Counted from the first letter of the stretch, positions 8,650 through 18,103 are shown. The stretch is 54,337 nucleotides of DNA from Chromatiales bacterium (GCA_043673925.1 JBIMKC010000001.1:3106-57442), one strand, 5' to 3'. A program made the numbers and translations. Notes: generated by a model from the sequence alone, not told the origin.

Positions 8650-9063
8650 ATGGCTATACACTTTACTGGTGGCTGTGCCTGCGGCACCATTCGCTATGAG
8701 TGGTCGGCTGAGCCGGTTTTGGCTGGGAATTGCCATTGCCGTGATTGCCAACGGGCAACTGGAGGTACGTTTGCCCCCCTGGTCTTCGTGCCATGTAGTT
8801 CAGGCACAATCACCGGCGATGTGAAATACCGCGATATAAAAGGTGATAGTGGGCAAATTGTCAGCCGTGGCTTTTGTCCGGCGTGTGGGGCGCGGCTGTT
8901 TCTAAAGGCAGAAACGATGCCCGACCTCATGGGCATCATGGCGGGGAGTCTTGATGACCCAAGTTGGTTTCAACCCACAATGGACATTTACACGGCCAGT
9001 GCACAGCCGTGGGATTTTATGAACCCAAACCTACCGAAGTTTCCCAACATGCCACCGATGTAG
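8650..9063 (+). CDS. GFA-family (glutathione-dependent formaldehyde-activating / CENP-V-like) protein
   Basis: The GGCACGTIRY..NCHCRDCQRATGG and CPACG cysteine pattern is characteristic of the GFA family. The gene is divergent from the TetR gene. Confidence 0.85.
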   Translation: MAIHFTGGCACGTIRYEWSAEPVLAGNCHCRDCQRATGGTFAPLVFVPCSSGTITGDVKYRDIKGDSGQIVSRGFCPACGARLFLKAETMPDLMGIMAGSLDDPSWFQPTMDIYTASAQPWDFMNPNLPKFPNMPPM

Positions 9064-9078
9064 TGTGTTGCATGGAGT

Positions 9079-9336
9079 ATGGAGTATTCAAGCCAAGCGA
9101 CACTCATCGGGTCCCTCGGCGTAGCCCTTCTGCTGCTCGCCTTTCTTTTGAACGTGTTTCGTCTTCTGCGTGTGGAGGGCTACCCGTACATAGTTCTCAA
9201 CCTCGTTGGTGCCTCGTTAGCTTGCTACTCTTCGTACCTGATCGACTTCATGCCGTTTGTAGTTTTAGAGGGTACATGGGCCGTTGTAGCGGGCGTCGCA
9301 CTTGTACGTCGCAAAGCGCGTCGGGCAGACCACTAG
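9079..9336 (+). CDS. small three-helix membrane protein
   Basis: An 85-aa hydrophobic ORF 16 nt downstream of the GFA gene. It is possibly of the CBU_0592 family, but that assignment is weak. Confidence 0.4.
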   Translation: MEYSSQATLIGSLGVALLLLAFLLNVFRLLRVEGYPYIVLNLVGASLACYSSYLIDFMPFVVLEGTWAVVAGVALVRRKARRADH

Positions 9337-9671
9337 GTTCCGCCTGTGAACGGCAGGTGGCGCCATTGCAGTCCTCCGAGAACCACGGCGATCAGGAACA
9401 TAGCGCCGGCGATGAACGTGATTCGAATCCCTGCCGATTCACCGACCTGAATCGGCAGCCTTGACACCAGGGGTCTTGCATCGCGTAGGGTCACCACCGC
9501 TGCATAGCGCTTTCCCTCCTCGAAGTTGCCGTTCAGATCAATAGTGCCGGTCGGATAGGTCTTGGGATCGAGATGCGCTACCGTGCGGACGATCGAAGCA
9601 AAGCCTCCCTCCTCGATGGCCGCGCCCCCGTGTGCGTACACGAAGGACTGACCCAAGATCGTTATTAACAC
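9333..9671 (-). CDS. hypothetical protein with C-terminal TM helix
   Basis: A 112-aa ORF overlapping the stop of the upstream dehydrogenase gene by 7 nt. I recognise no family for it. Confidence 0.3.
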   Translation of the reverse strand: MLITILGQSFVYAHGGAAIEEGGFASIVRTVAHLDPKTYPTGTIDLNGNFEEGKRYAAVVTLRDARPLVSRLPIQVGESAGIRITFIAGAMFLIAVVLGGLQWRHLPFTGGT

Positions 9672-10891
9672 ACTAAATAAACGCAGCGTTGTGATATTGA
9701 TAATGCCTCCGGTTTGAGAGTCTTGCGATAGCTCACGCGGTAGATGTTCCCGCCGTAATCGTCGGAGATGTAGATAGCCCCGTCGGGCCCCTCGGCGACG
9801 TCCACGGGGCGACCGATGACCTCTTCATCTTGCTCGAAGCCTGTAGCAAGTTTGCGCTCGGTGATCTTCCCGGTAGCATCGAAATGCAGCGACACCACCT
9901 CGTACCCGGCTTTCTCGGTACGATTCCAGGATCCATGAAGAGCGGCCAGCGCCGCACCCTGGTAGCCTGGCGGCAGACCGTTGCCGCGAATGAACGACAA
10001 GCCTAAGGGCGCGGTGTGGGCGCCGAAGTTGTGGACGGGAGGCACGCTCTCGCGCACCTCATCTTCGTTTCCGGCGCCGAGGCCGGGATCGGGCGCCTTA
10101 TCGCCGTTGGCATAAGGCCAGCCGTAGAACTTACCGTGCTCGATGCGATTAAGCTCACAGGGGGGAAAGTCATCGCCCAGGAAATCGCGCCCGTTGTCGG
10201 CGCCGTACAGTTCATTTTGTACCGGACGCCAATCAAAGCCCACGGTATTACGAAGCCCGGTGGCATAGATCTGCCCCGCCGTACCATCGGGTCGAAAGCG
10301 CAGCAAGGCGGCGCGCCGGGGATCTTCTTCCCTACAGGCATTGCAGCTCGACCCCACCGACACGTACACCCACCCATCCGGACCCAGGCGCACGCTGCGT
10401 GTCCAGTGTTGGCCGCCGACGGGAAGCACCGCCAGGCGCTCGAAACTGCCGCTCACGTTGCGGACCTTCGCGTCAAAGCGGACGCGCCCCAGCGCGCTGG
10501 TCTCGGCGACGTACAGCCAGCCTTCATGGAGGTCTAGACCATGAGGTCGATTGAGCCCCGTGAGCAAATCTTGACGGCCATCCGGCCGCCCGTCCGCATC
10601 GCTGTCGCGCTCAAGTAGGACGATGCGTCCTGAGCGAGGTAGGCTCACGAGAAGATCACCTGCCTCGGTAAACCGCAGCATGCGCGCATCGGTCAGTCCG
10701 CTCGCGTAAAGGGCAATAGAAAAGCCATCCGGCAAGCGAATTCGATTTCGAAGCGAGTCGGTCGTTGGCGCGCTCCGAAACCATCCGCCGATTGCGCTAG
10801 GCATGTTCACCGTGAAACGCTCGGGCCACAGCAACCATAGGAGAATAGCCCCGACACCGAGATGGAGAAGGCCGCGCGGCACAGTTCTCAT
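9665..10891 (-). CDS. PQQ-dependent sugar (sorbosone/glucose) dehydrogenase-family beta-propeller protein
   Basis: An N-terminal TM/signal anchor, plus GLNRPHGLDLHEGWLYVAET, LRNTVGFDW and ELNRIEHGKFYGWPY motifs typical of the L-sorbosone dehydrogenase family. Confidence 0.7.
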   Translation of the reverse strand: MRTVPRGLLHLGVGAILLWLLWPERFTVNMPSAIGGWFRSAPTTDSLRNRIRLPDGFSIALYASGLTDARMLRFTEAGDLLVSLPRSGRIVLLERDSDADGRPDGRQDLLTGLNRPHGLDLHEGWLYVAETSALGRVRFDAKVRNVSGSFERLAVLPVGGQHWTRSVRLGPDGWVYVSVGSSCNACREEDPRRAALLRFRPDGTAGQIYATGLRNTVGFDWRPVQNELYGADNGRDFLGDDFPPCELNRIEHGKFYGWPYANGDKAPDPGLGAGNEDEVRESVPPVHNFGAHTAPLGLSFIRGNGLPPGYQGAALAALHGSWNRTEKAGYEVVSLHFDATGKITERKLATGFEQDEEVIGRPVDVAEGPDGAIYISDDYGGNIYRVSYRKTLKPEALSISQRCVYLVC

Positions 10892-11775
10892 TCTACGGCC
10901 GGTTCTCGGGCGGCGTCGCGTCGCGGCCGGCCCGCGTCGATGAAGAAGTCAATGATCGACTGATTCGAGGCTGGCCACTGCGCATGGGGCTGGGTTCCCT
11001 CGCAGTATCGGGTGGCCACGCCATGAGCACATTTCGGGTAGGTTTCGCAACCACTGTGCGGTCGCTTGCGAGCACTTAGCTCGCACTGATTACATGTGGC
11101 CCACCAACCCGCCGCGTCCTTCCCGTACCCCGGAAATAGCCCATCGTTTGCGCTGTGCATAATCATTACCGGGAGCGGTTTTGGGCACTCGAAACCGGCG
11201 AGGTCTGCCTTGGTGAAACCCGCGGCACTCGCTGCGATCGCCGCGGGAATATGTTTCGTTCGATCGAGTATCGCCATAGCCAACGCAACGGTTCCACCAT
11301 CCGAGTGCCCGGTCAAATAGACGCGTGTCGTATCGATGCACCATTTTTTCGCGGCGAGACTCGTAATTGCACTCAGATCCTCGATCGCGGAAATGGAGGT
11401 TCGGACGTGATCTGCGTAGGTGATCAGAAATCCTTTACCCGTGGCGATTTTTGTTAAACCCGTAATACGTTCGCTAGCCGCGGCGGAGAGACCCGCTGGA
11501 GCAAAAACGACGAGGAAGGGATGGGCGATGTTTGGTCGATAGTTCTCGGGAGTTCTTACGTTGAAACGAATACCCTTTGGGGTACGTTCGCTGTCAATGA
11601 CCCCCGCGAGACCGATCCTCGAGTGGGGCTCGCAAACGACAGTCGTGCTGCCCCGAGGATACGCGTACACACCAAGGTCGATCTTCCCACGCTCCGTACA
11701 CCCCATCAGCGCGAGTCCCGAGGCGAGAAGCAGAGGCACTAACATGCTCTTCGCTATTACGGTACGAAACGGCAT
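10888..11775 (-). CDS. lipoprotein alpha/beta hydrolase (PHB-depolymerase-family esterase-like)
   Basis: A lipobox (LLLASGLALMGC), a nucleophile elbow (LTGHSDGG), and a 4-nt overlap with the downstream dehydrogenase gene. Confidence 0.6.
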   Translation of the reverse strand: MPFRTVIAKSMLVPLLLASGLALMGCTERGKIDLGVYAYPRGSTTVVCEPHSRIGLAGVIDSERTPKGIRFNVRTPENYRPNIAHPFLVVFAPAGLSAAASERITGLTKIATGKGFLITYADHVRTSISAIEDLSAITSLAAKKWCIDTTRVYLTGHSDGGTVALAMAILDRTKHIPAAIAASAAGFTKADLAGFECPKPLPVMIMHSANDGLFPGYGKDAAGWWATCNQCELSARKRPHSGCETYPKCAHGVATRYCEGTQPHAQWPASNQSIIDFFIDAGRPRRDAAREPAVE

Positions 11776-11776
11776 A

Positions 11777-11960
11777 TCAGGGGAACGCGCGCGCTAGCCG
11801 CGCCCAAACGGACTTACCGCCGAAAATGAACGTTGCTGTTCGGCGACAAGGAAAGGCGCCACCAGCGGAGATCTTAACCGCATGGCGATGGTTGCCTTGC
11901 CGCCCTCGGACTGTGCGCACGCTCCCAAGGTTTCCAGGGACGGGAAACGGACCTATCAAC
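11777..11960 (-). pseudogene. decayed third EthD-family copy (C-terminal half, frameshifted)
   Basis: The nucleotide sequence aligns with 7390-7560 of paralog 2. The translation gives ..HAVKISAGGA..FIFGGKSVWARLA in one frame and SLETLGACAQSEGGKA in another. The N-terminal half is missing. Confidence 0.55.
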
Positions 11961-11967
11961 AATACAT

Positions 11968-12066
11968 GACTGTTCGTTCTAGAATGAACCACAAAAAAAC
12001 TACTTGAGCGCGAACTAAGGTTTTATGGAGGTAAGCCTAGCTGTTATGGAACAAATAGTCAAGAAT
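11968..12066. repeat. collapsed copy of the sequences flanking the TetR gene
   Basis: gactgttcgttcta (11968-11981) is identical to 7837-7850. taagcctag...acaaatagtcaagaat (12032-12066) matches 8483-8517. The 0.6-kb TetR gene that lies between these segments in the intact locus is absent here. Confidence 0.6.
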
Positions 12067-12199
12067 AGCGTCGGCGTTGGAGAAAGGCCTACAACGCGAT
12101 CAAGACGAAGAGTAGGCTAGAGTAGAAAGCAGGCCCTTACCTACCCTCTACTCTACCTTGCGATCTCTGAACTCGAGCGAGTGCCGAGGGCCGGCAAAT

Positions 12200-12472
12200 C
12201 TAGGGATACTTCAGGGTCAGACCCCGCAAAGCGCACGGGATTACTTCGCGGCCGTCGGTCCGGTTTGAGATCAAAGTTACTCGAGGTGGAGTCGACGTTT
12301 TAGCTAGACATACATGGTCGTGACATTCCGGGCAACGATACTCCTGGACGTCCTTATGAGACCGTGCTCTTTCAACCTCGACCCGGAAGACACAGCCACA
12401 AAAGCCGCAGGTTTGCCGAAACTCGCTGCTGGGAGAGAACGCAGCGGTTGTTTCCGTCATTGTGTTACTCAT
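12200..12472 (-). CDS. hypothetical zinc-ribbon protein
   Basis: A 90-aa ORF with CGFC...CPEC spacing typical of a small zinc ribbon, lying in a lower-GC region. Its coding status is uncertain. Confidence 0.3.
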   Translation of the reverse strand: MSNTMTETTAAFSPSSEFRQTCGFCGCVFRVEVERARSHKDVQEYRCPECHDHVCLAKTSTPPRVTLISNRTDGREVIPCALRGLTLKYP

Positions 12473-12541
12473 ACCCGGTCGCCTAGCATCACAGGATCAC
12501 GATCGCTCTGCGAAACGATGGTAAGTGCAATCGGTCGCCAG

Positions 12542-12619
12542 CTAACCATGCTGACCTAATCGGATATCCTCTTGGGTGCCCGGGGGCGACAGATTTCCAA
12601 CATAGATTTTCGTAGGCAT
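12542..12619 (-). pseudogene. N-terminal remnant of an RRM-type RNA-binding protein
   Basis: My manual translation from the ATG at 12619 gives MPTKIYVGNLSPPGTQEDIRLGQHG then a stop. IYVGNLS is the RNP2 motif at the start of bacterial RRM proteins. GGAG lies 10 nt upstream. The ORF ends at TAG after 25 codons. Confidence 0.4.
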
Positions 12620-12633
12620 TGCTAATTGGCTCC

Positions 12634-12656
12634 GTATCCGCAAAAAAAGCGGATAC
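12634..12656 (-). promoter_or_regulatory. perfect 8-bp stem / 7-nt loop hairpin abutting the Shine-Dalgarno of the RRM remnant
   Basis: gtatccgc-aaaaaaa-gcggatac can be read directly from the sequence. Its function is unknown. Confidence 0.3.
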
Positions 12657-12942
12657 ATTGATTAATGATCGCTCGGCGGTCCAGTGTCGGCACAGCCGCC
12701 CATCGCAGGACGGATCACGCGCACGCTATCGGGCGAGTATTTCAGGTGAGATGTGACAATACCCTCGGGTTCTTTCCACAAGGGAAAGCCACCAAATGTC
12801 CCCCGGGACACCCTTAGATCCGGGTCAATGATACCACGGTGTGAGACCCTATGCCAGCCAGAGCTAGGACGGTAGAGGCGGAACTCGGCGACGCCCTAAA
12901 TAGAGAGATGGTGACCGCAAGGATCACACACGGTTCGGCCAC

Positions 12943-15150
12943 ATGAGTGACTGCACGCCACTCGACCAGACCTGTCAGTACTTCGGGATCGCTCACGAAT
13001 ACAGCGACATCCGGGGCAGGCGGCACACTGCCTCGCTAGAGACGAAGCGGGCGCTGTTGGCCTCGATGGGCGTGGCCGCGGGCAGTGATGCTGAACTGCG
13101 CGAGGTGCTCGAAGCTCATACGATGGAAGCATGGAATCGACTTCTACCACCGGTCCGGGTAGTGTGGGAGACCCAAGCACCGATCGAATTTGATATCACC
13201 GTTCCTAGCCCTCAGATAGACAAGCCGATGCGTTGGGTGTTGACGGCTGAGGATGGCGAGTGCTTGGGCGGCAGTTTTTTCCCCGGTACATTGGATGTGA
13301 TCGAGCGCAAGGAGGTCGCAGGAGTCAGCTTTATCCGCTTGGTCCTGCACCTATCGGCGAGATTGGTTCCCGGCTATCATCGCGTCGAGGTCGAGGGTCA
13401 TCAAACCGCTGCCAGCATGGCCCTCATCATTGCGCCCGAGCGCTGCTATCAACCGGCCGCACTTGAGGGTGGTAAGCGCGTTTGGGGTTTGGCGCTTCAG
13501 CTTTATAGCGTGCGTTCGGAGCGGAATTGGGGGATCGGGGACTTCACCGATCTCGGTCGGGTCATCGAAGTGGCGGATGGCTTTGGCGCGGGTATCATCG
13601 GTCTCAATCCCTTGCATGCTCTCTTTCCGCACGCTCCCACGCATGCCAGCCCGTACAGTCCCTCGAGCCGCTCATTTCTCAATATCTTTTATCTGGATAT
13701 TGAAGCCATGCCCGATTTTTTGGAATGCGAGGCCGCGCAAGCGTGTGTCAGCGCGCCGCGGTTTCAAGCGCAACTGCGCGCATCGCGCGCGGCAGAGCTG
13801 GTCGAATATCAGGGTGTCGCCGCAGCCAAGATGGAAATTCTCGATCGGCTCTATCGCCATTTTCACGAGCATCATCGCGACGCGAGTAGTCAACGTGGAA
13901 CCGCCTTCAGAACGTATCAGGCCGAGCGGGGTCAGGCATTGCGGACGCACGCGCTTTTCGACGCCTTACAGGAATCGTTTAATCGTCAAGACCGAGGGAT
14001 CTGGGGCTGGCCCGTCTGGCCCGCGGCTTACCGCGATCCGAATTCCGAGGCCGTATTAGCGTTTGCGGACCGAAACGAGGCCCGCGTCGAGTTCTTTGAA
14101 TACCTGCAGTGGCAGGCAGACGTGCAGCTCGCGACAGCGGCCCGGCGCGCCTGCGAACGCGGCTTGGCGATCGGGATTTACCAGGACCTGGCCCTCGGCG
14201 TCGAGCGCGGCGGCGCGGAGACCTGGGCCAATCAGCCCTTGTACGCATTGGAAGCGGGCATCGGCGCACCCCCGGACGATTTCAACCTCAAGGGACAAGA
14301 TTGGGGGCTCGCGCCGCTCAGTCCAGGGCGGCTGCGCGCGGCTGCCCACGCGCCGTTCGTGGCCGCCTTGCGCGCGAACATACGCCACGCGGGGGCGCTG
14401 CGTCTCGACCATGTCATGGGCTTGCAGCGCTTGTTCTGGATCCCGGCGGGCGGTACGCCGGAGGACGGCGCTTATGTCCACTACCCCTTCGAGGAACTGC
14501 TCGGGATTTTGGCCTTGGAGAGCCAGCATCACCGCTGTCTCGTGATCGGCGAAGACCTCGGTACCGTGCCCGATGAGGTGCGAGCGGCACTGCAACCCGC
14601 GGGCATCCTCGCTTACCGCGTGCTTTATTTTGAAAAATCGTCCGAAGGCGGCTTCAAGCCGCCCGCCGAGTATCCGCGTCAGGCCGCCGTGGCCGTGAAC
14701 ACCCATGATCTACCAAGCTTGAGCGGCTACTGGCGCGGAAGAGATTTGGAGCTTCGCAGAGAGCTTGGCTTGTTCCCTTCCGATGAGCTAAAGGAAGAAC
14801 AAGTGACGGCGCGTGCCGAGGATCGGGCGCGGCTGCTCGCGGCCCTCGATCAAGAAGGGCTGCTACCCGTCGAGTGCAGCGTGCAACCGCCGACGATGAC
14901 GCCGGAACTTGCCTGTGCCCTACACATCTACCTGGCGCGTACGCCTGCCGTGGTCATGATCGTTCAGCCCGAGGACATCTTGTGTCAGCCCGAGCAGGCC
15001 AACCTGCCCGGGACGATAAACGAGCATCCCAACTGGCGGCGCAAGCTGTCTCTGAACCTAGAAGACTGGGCAAGTGATCCGCGCTTTCAGACATTCGCCG
15101 CAGCCCTGCGGAAAGCCCGTGGTCCCAGGCATCCCCGGACGCCTGACTGA
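12943..15150 (+). CDS. malQ: 4-alpha-glucanotransferase (amylomaltase, GH77)
   Basis: RVWGLALQLYSVRSERNWGIGDFTDL, LDHVMGL and VIGEDLGTVP motifs, and a length of 735 aa. Confidence 0.9.
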   Translation: MSDCTPLDQTCQYFGIAHEYSDIRGRRHTASLETKRALLASMGVAAGSDAELREVLEAHTMEAWNRLLPPVRVVWETQAPIEFDITVPSPQIDKPMRWVLTAEDGECLGGSFFPGTLDVIERKEVAGVSFIRLVLHLSARLVPGYHRVEVEGHQTAASMALIIAPERCYQPAALEGGKRVWGLALQLYSVRSERNWGIGDFTDLGRVIEVADGFGAGIIGLNPLHALFPHAPTHASPYSPSSRSFLNIFYLDIEAMPDFLECEAAQACVSAPRFQAQLRASRAAELVEYQGVAAAKMEILDRLYRHFHEHHRDASSQRGTAFRTYQAERGQALRTHALFDALQESFNRQDRGIWGWPVWPAAYRDPNSEAVLAFADRNEARVEFFEYLQWQADVQLATAARRACERGLAIGIYQDLALGVERGGAETWANQPLYALEAGIGAPPDDFNLKGQDWGLAPLSPGRLRAAAHAPFVAALRANIRHAGALRLDHVMGLQRLFWIPAGGTPEDGAYVHYPFEELLGILALESQHHRCLVIGEDLGTVPDEVRAALQPAGILAYRVLYFEKSSEGGFKPPAEYPRQAAVAVNTHDLPSLSGYWRGRDLELRRELGLFPSDELKEEQVTARAEDRARLLAALDQEGLLPVECSVQPPTMTPELACALHIYLARTPAVVMIVQPEDILCQPEQANLPGTINEHPNWRRKLSLNLEDWASDPRFQTFAAALRKARGPRHPRTPD

Positions 15151-15234
15151 CAGCGCCTCACCACGCGTTGCGCTCGGCTCATAGCGCGACAGCGGTTTGG
15201 GAGCAAGGCCGCTATGCGGGAGCGGACGGTTTCG

Positions 15235-17787
15235 TCAAATCCACTTCATCAAGCCCGTCTCGAAGCGATGGGTCAAGAGCTGGTGGTAGGGGTACAGGCG
15301 CAGCTTGTAGGTTTGCAGACCGGAAAAGCCGGGGGTCAATTCGAGCTCGAATCGCGTTTCGCCCTCGGCGTTTGTGTCATTCGCGGTAAAGCGGTGCGTT
15401 TCTATGGCGACATATCGGTTGTCGCGCTCGCTTCCGACGAGACATTCCATCACCACATCCTCGACCGCAAGGCCCCCTAAATGAACAGCGGCGCGGAACG
15501 TGAGTTGCTCTCCCGTCCGGACGCTCGGTTTGGGTTGGTCGAGGCGCTGCAACCGCACCTTGGGCCAGCACTCGCCGACCCGTTGCTTCCATCGCGCCAG
15601 CTCTATCGCCGCGGCGAAGTTATCGGCGGCGAGCCGTTCCTGTTGCAGCGCCGCTCGGCTGTAAAACTTTCTCACATAGTCCATGACCATCCGGTCCGCG
15701 CCATAGCGGGGGATCAGGGATTTTATCGACGCCTTGACCTTGTTGATCCAGCCTGGCGAGTATCCTTGCCGGTTGCGATCGTAATAGAGCGGGATGACTT
15801 CATATTCGAGGATATCCAAGAGTTCCTGCGCCTCCGCGTGGGCATGGGGCTCGGCGGGCGCCGAGGCGCTTTGCGGCGCAATACCCCAACCGTTCCGCCC
15901 GTCATAACCCTCCGGCCACCAGCCATCCAGAATGCTGAGATGCGGCACGCCATTGATGCCGGCCTTCATGCCGGAGGTACCGCTCGCCTCTAACGGGTAG
16001 CGCGGGGTATTGAGCCAGACATCGACGCCCGTAACCAAGCGGCGCGCGAGCGCCAGATCATAGCCCTCGATCAGCAATACCTTGCCCTCGAACTGCGGTT
16101 GCCGCGACAACTCGTGCACGGCGCGGATCAACTCTTGACCGGGTCCGTCATGCGGATGGGCCTTGCCTGAAAATATGATCAGAAATGGCCGATCCGGGTT
16201 GTTCATCAGGCGCGCGAGCCGCGCCGGATCGGAAAACACCAAGGTCGCGCGCTTGTAGGTGGCGAAACGGCGCGCGCAGCCGATGATGAGGATATCGTCG
16301 TCGGCTCCGAGATGGCGGGTAAGGCGATTTATAAGAGATTGACTGTAACCGTTCCTTCTAAACTGCGCGCCGGCGCGCTCACGGAGTTCCTTCACCAAGT
16401 CCGATTTTAATAGCTGGCGCGTGCTCCAAAAAGCTGCATTGGGGAGATCGTCGATGCGCTCCCAGAACGCTTCGTTGAGCAGCTCATTGCGCCATTGAAT
16501 TCCGAAGCGGAAATCGAATAGATGCACCCAGGCCGCGGCCAGAAAGGTTTGCACATGCACGCCGTTGGCGATGCACTCGATGGGGTTTTCATGCGCCGGG
16601 ATCTCGGGCCAGAAAGCGGCCTCCATCCGCGCGGCGGTCTCGGCGTGGGTGCGGCTCACGCCGTTGTGAAAGCGCGAACCGCGGAATGCGAGCGCGGTTT
16701 GATTAAAATTGCCCCCGTGATTGGTGCTGATCCCGAGTCTTAGAAACTCCTCTTCGCTCAGCCCGAGCCGCTCCGGGAAGCAATTGAAATAGTGCCCGAC
16801 CATGCTTGCGTCGAAGATGTCGTGACCGGCCGGGACCGGCGTATGCGTAGTAAATACAGTCCCCGCGGCGACCTGTTCGAGGGCGGCCCCGAAACCGATT
16901 CCGCTTTCCACCAGTGCACGGCATCTCTCCAGGACCAAGAACGCGGCGTGCCCTTCGTTGATATGCCAGACCGTCGGCGCGATCCCCAGAGCGCGCAGCG
17001 CCCGCGCGCCTCCGATGCCCAGCACCATCTCCTGTTGAATGCGCGTGTGCTTGTCGCCGCCGTAAAGCTGGTGGGTGATGTGACGATCGTCGCTGCTGTT
17101 GGCGCTGACGTCGGTATCGAGAAGAAAAAGCCGGATATGGCCCACACGGACCTGCCAGAGTTGGATGACGACCTCGCGGCCGGGAAGCTCCACTACGACG
17201 GTAAGCGGAGACTGCCGCGCATCGAGTACGGGGCTGATCGGCAGATCGTTGAACTCGAGGCGCGATGGCTTTAACTGCTGATTACCGGCCCCGTCGAGCG
17301 TTTGCTCAAAGGACCCCACGCGATAAAGAAGACCGACAGCGACAAAGGGCAAGCCGAGATCACTCGCCGCCTTGCAGTGATCCCCGGCGAGGATCCCGAG
17401 CCCTCCCGAATAGATCGGCAGGCTCTCGTGAAGCCCGAACTCGGCACAGAAGTACGCGATCAGATTGCGGCCGGGATCGATCAATGTCCTGACTTCCGGG
17501 TTGACCTCCTTCGCCAGATAGGTGTCATAATCCGAAAGCACACTGCGATAATCCTGCAGGTAGACGAGATTTTTGGCCGCCGCTTCGAGTTTATCCTGCG
17601 CCACCCGGCGCAAGAATATCTTCAGGTTATGGCCACAGGCATGCCAAAGATCGCGGTCCAGATGCGCGAACAGCGTTCGGATCGGGCGGTTCCAGCTATA
17701 GACTAGATCATTAGCCAGTTCTTCCAGTCTGGCGAGGACCGTAGGGAGTACGGGTTGTATTTCGAGATCGAATCGGGTGCCGGCCAT
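15235..17787 (-). CDS. alpha-glucan family phosphorylase (GT35, DUF3417-type N-terminus)
   Basis: YFCAEFGLHESLPIYSGGLGILAGDHCKAASDLGLPFVAVGLLYR and EASGTSGMKAGINGV motifs, and a length of 850 aa. Confidence 0.9.
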   Translation of the reverse strand: MAGTRFDLEIQPVLPTVLARLEELANDLVYSWNRPIRTLFAHLDRDLWHACGHNLKIFLRRVAQDKLEAAAKNLVYLQDYRSVLSDYDTYLAKEVNPEVRTLIDPGRNLIAYFCAEFGLHESLPIYSGGLGILAGDHCKAASDLGLPFVAVGLLYRVGSFEQTLDGAGNQQLKPSRLEFNDLPISPVLDARQSPLTVVVELPGREVVIQLWQVRVGHIRLFLLDTDVSANSSDDRHITHQLYGGDKHTRIQQEMVLGIGGARALRALGIAPTVWHINEGHAAFLVLERCRALVESGIGFGAALEQVAAGTVFTTHTPVPAGHDIFDASMVGHYFNCFPERLGLSEEEFLRLGISTNHGGNFNQTALAFRGSRFHNGVSRTHAETAARMEAAFWPEIPAHENPIECIANGVHVQTFLAAAWVHLFDFRFGIQWRNELLNEAFWERIDDLPNAAFWSTRQLLKSDLVKELRERAGAQFRRNGYSQSLINRLTRHLGADDDILIIGCARRFATYKRATLVFSDPARLARLMNNPDRPFLIIFSGKAHPHDGPGQELIRAVHELSRQPQFEGKVLLIEGYDLALARRLVTGVDVWLNTPRYPLEASGTSGMKAGINGVPHLSILDGWWPEGYDGRNGWGIAPQSASAPAEPHAHAEAQELLDILEYEVIPLYYDRNRQGYSPGWINKVKASIKSLIPRYGADRMVMDYVRKFYSRAALQQERLAADNFAAAIELARWKQRVGECWPKVRLQRLDQPKPSVRTGEQLTFRAAVHLGGLAVEDVVMECLVGSERDNRYVAIETHRFTANDTNAEGETRFELELTPGFSGLQTYKLRLYPYHQLLTHRFETGLMKWI

Positions 17788-18103
17788 CTTTTAGAGGTTC
17801 CGATACTGTTGCCACTTCAAGCGTCGCTTACTCTTAACTGCATACTTTATGCAAAAGATCTGGTATCCGACAAGCGCGGCCCCGGACGGCTTTGACCGAC
17901 GAATATCGTCGAGCAGGCAGATAAAGGGGTCCTAGGCATGGGAAAATCATTCTCAGTTGTTACCGGCCCCCCTTTCTTTCGGCCCCCTTTCTTTCCAAAA
18001 TATCACTCGGCACGCGGCTGACCATGCCGGCGACGGTTGCCGTAGAACAACGAGGAACCCCAGGAACTCAAGCCTAAACAAGCCCAGGGCATCGCATAGA
18101 GCT

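Noticed and set aside
9410-9450. A tRNA-like T-loop sequence, attcgaatcc.
   Set aside because: The flanking bases do not form a T-stem or an acceptor stem. No cloverleaf can be drawn.
17964-17995. A tandem direct repeat ggccccc(c)tttctttc x2 lies between the phosphorylase and LysR genes. A small inverted repeat tgcat-N5-atgca lies at 17839-17853.
   Set aside because: There are only two short copies, and the motifs are too small to distinguish from chance. No supporting context exists beyond a possible LysR-type site.
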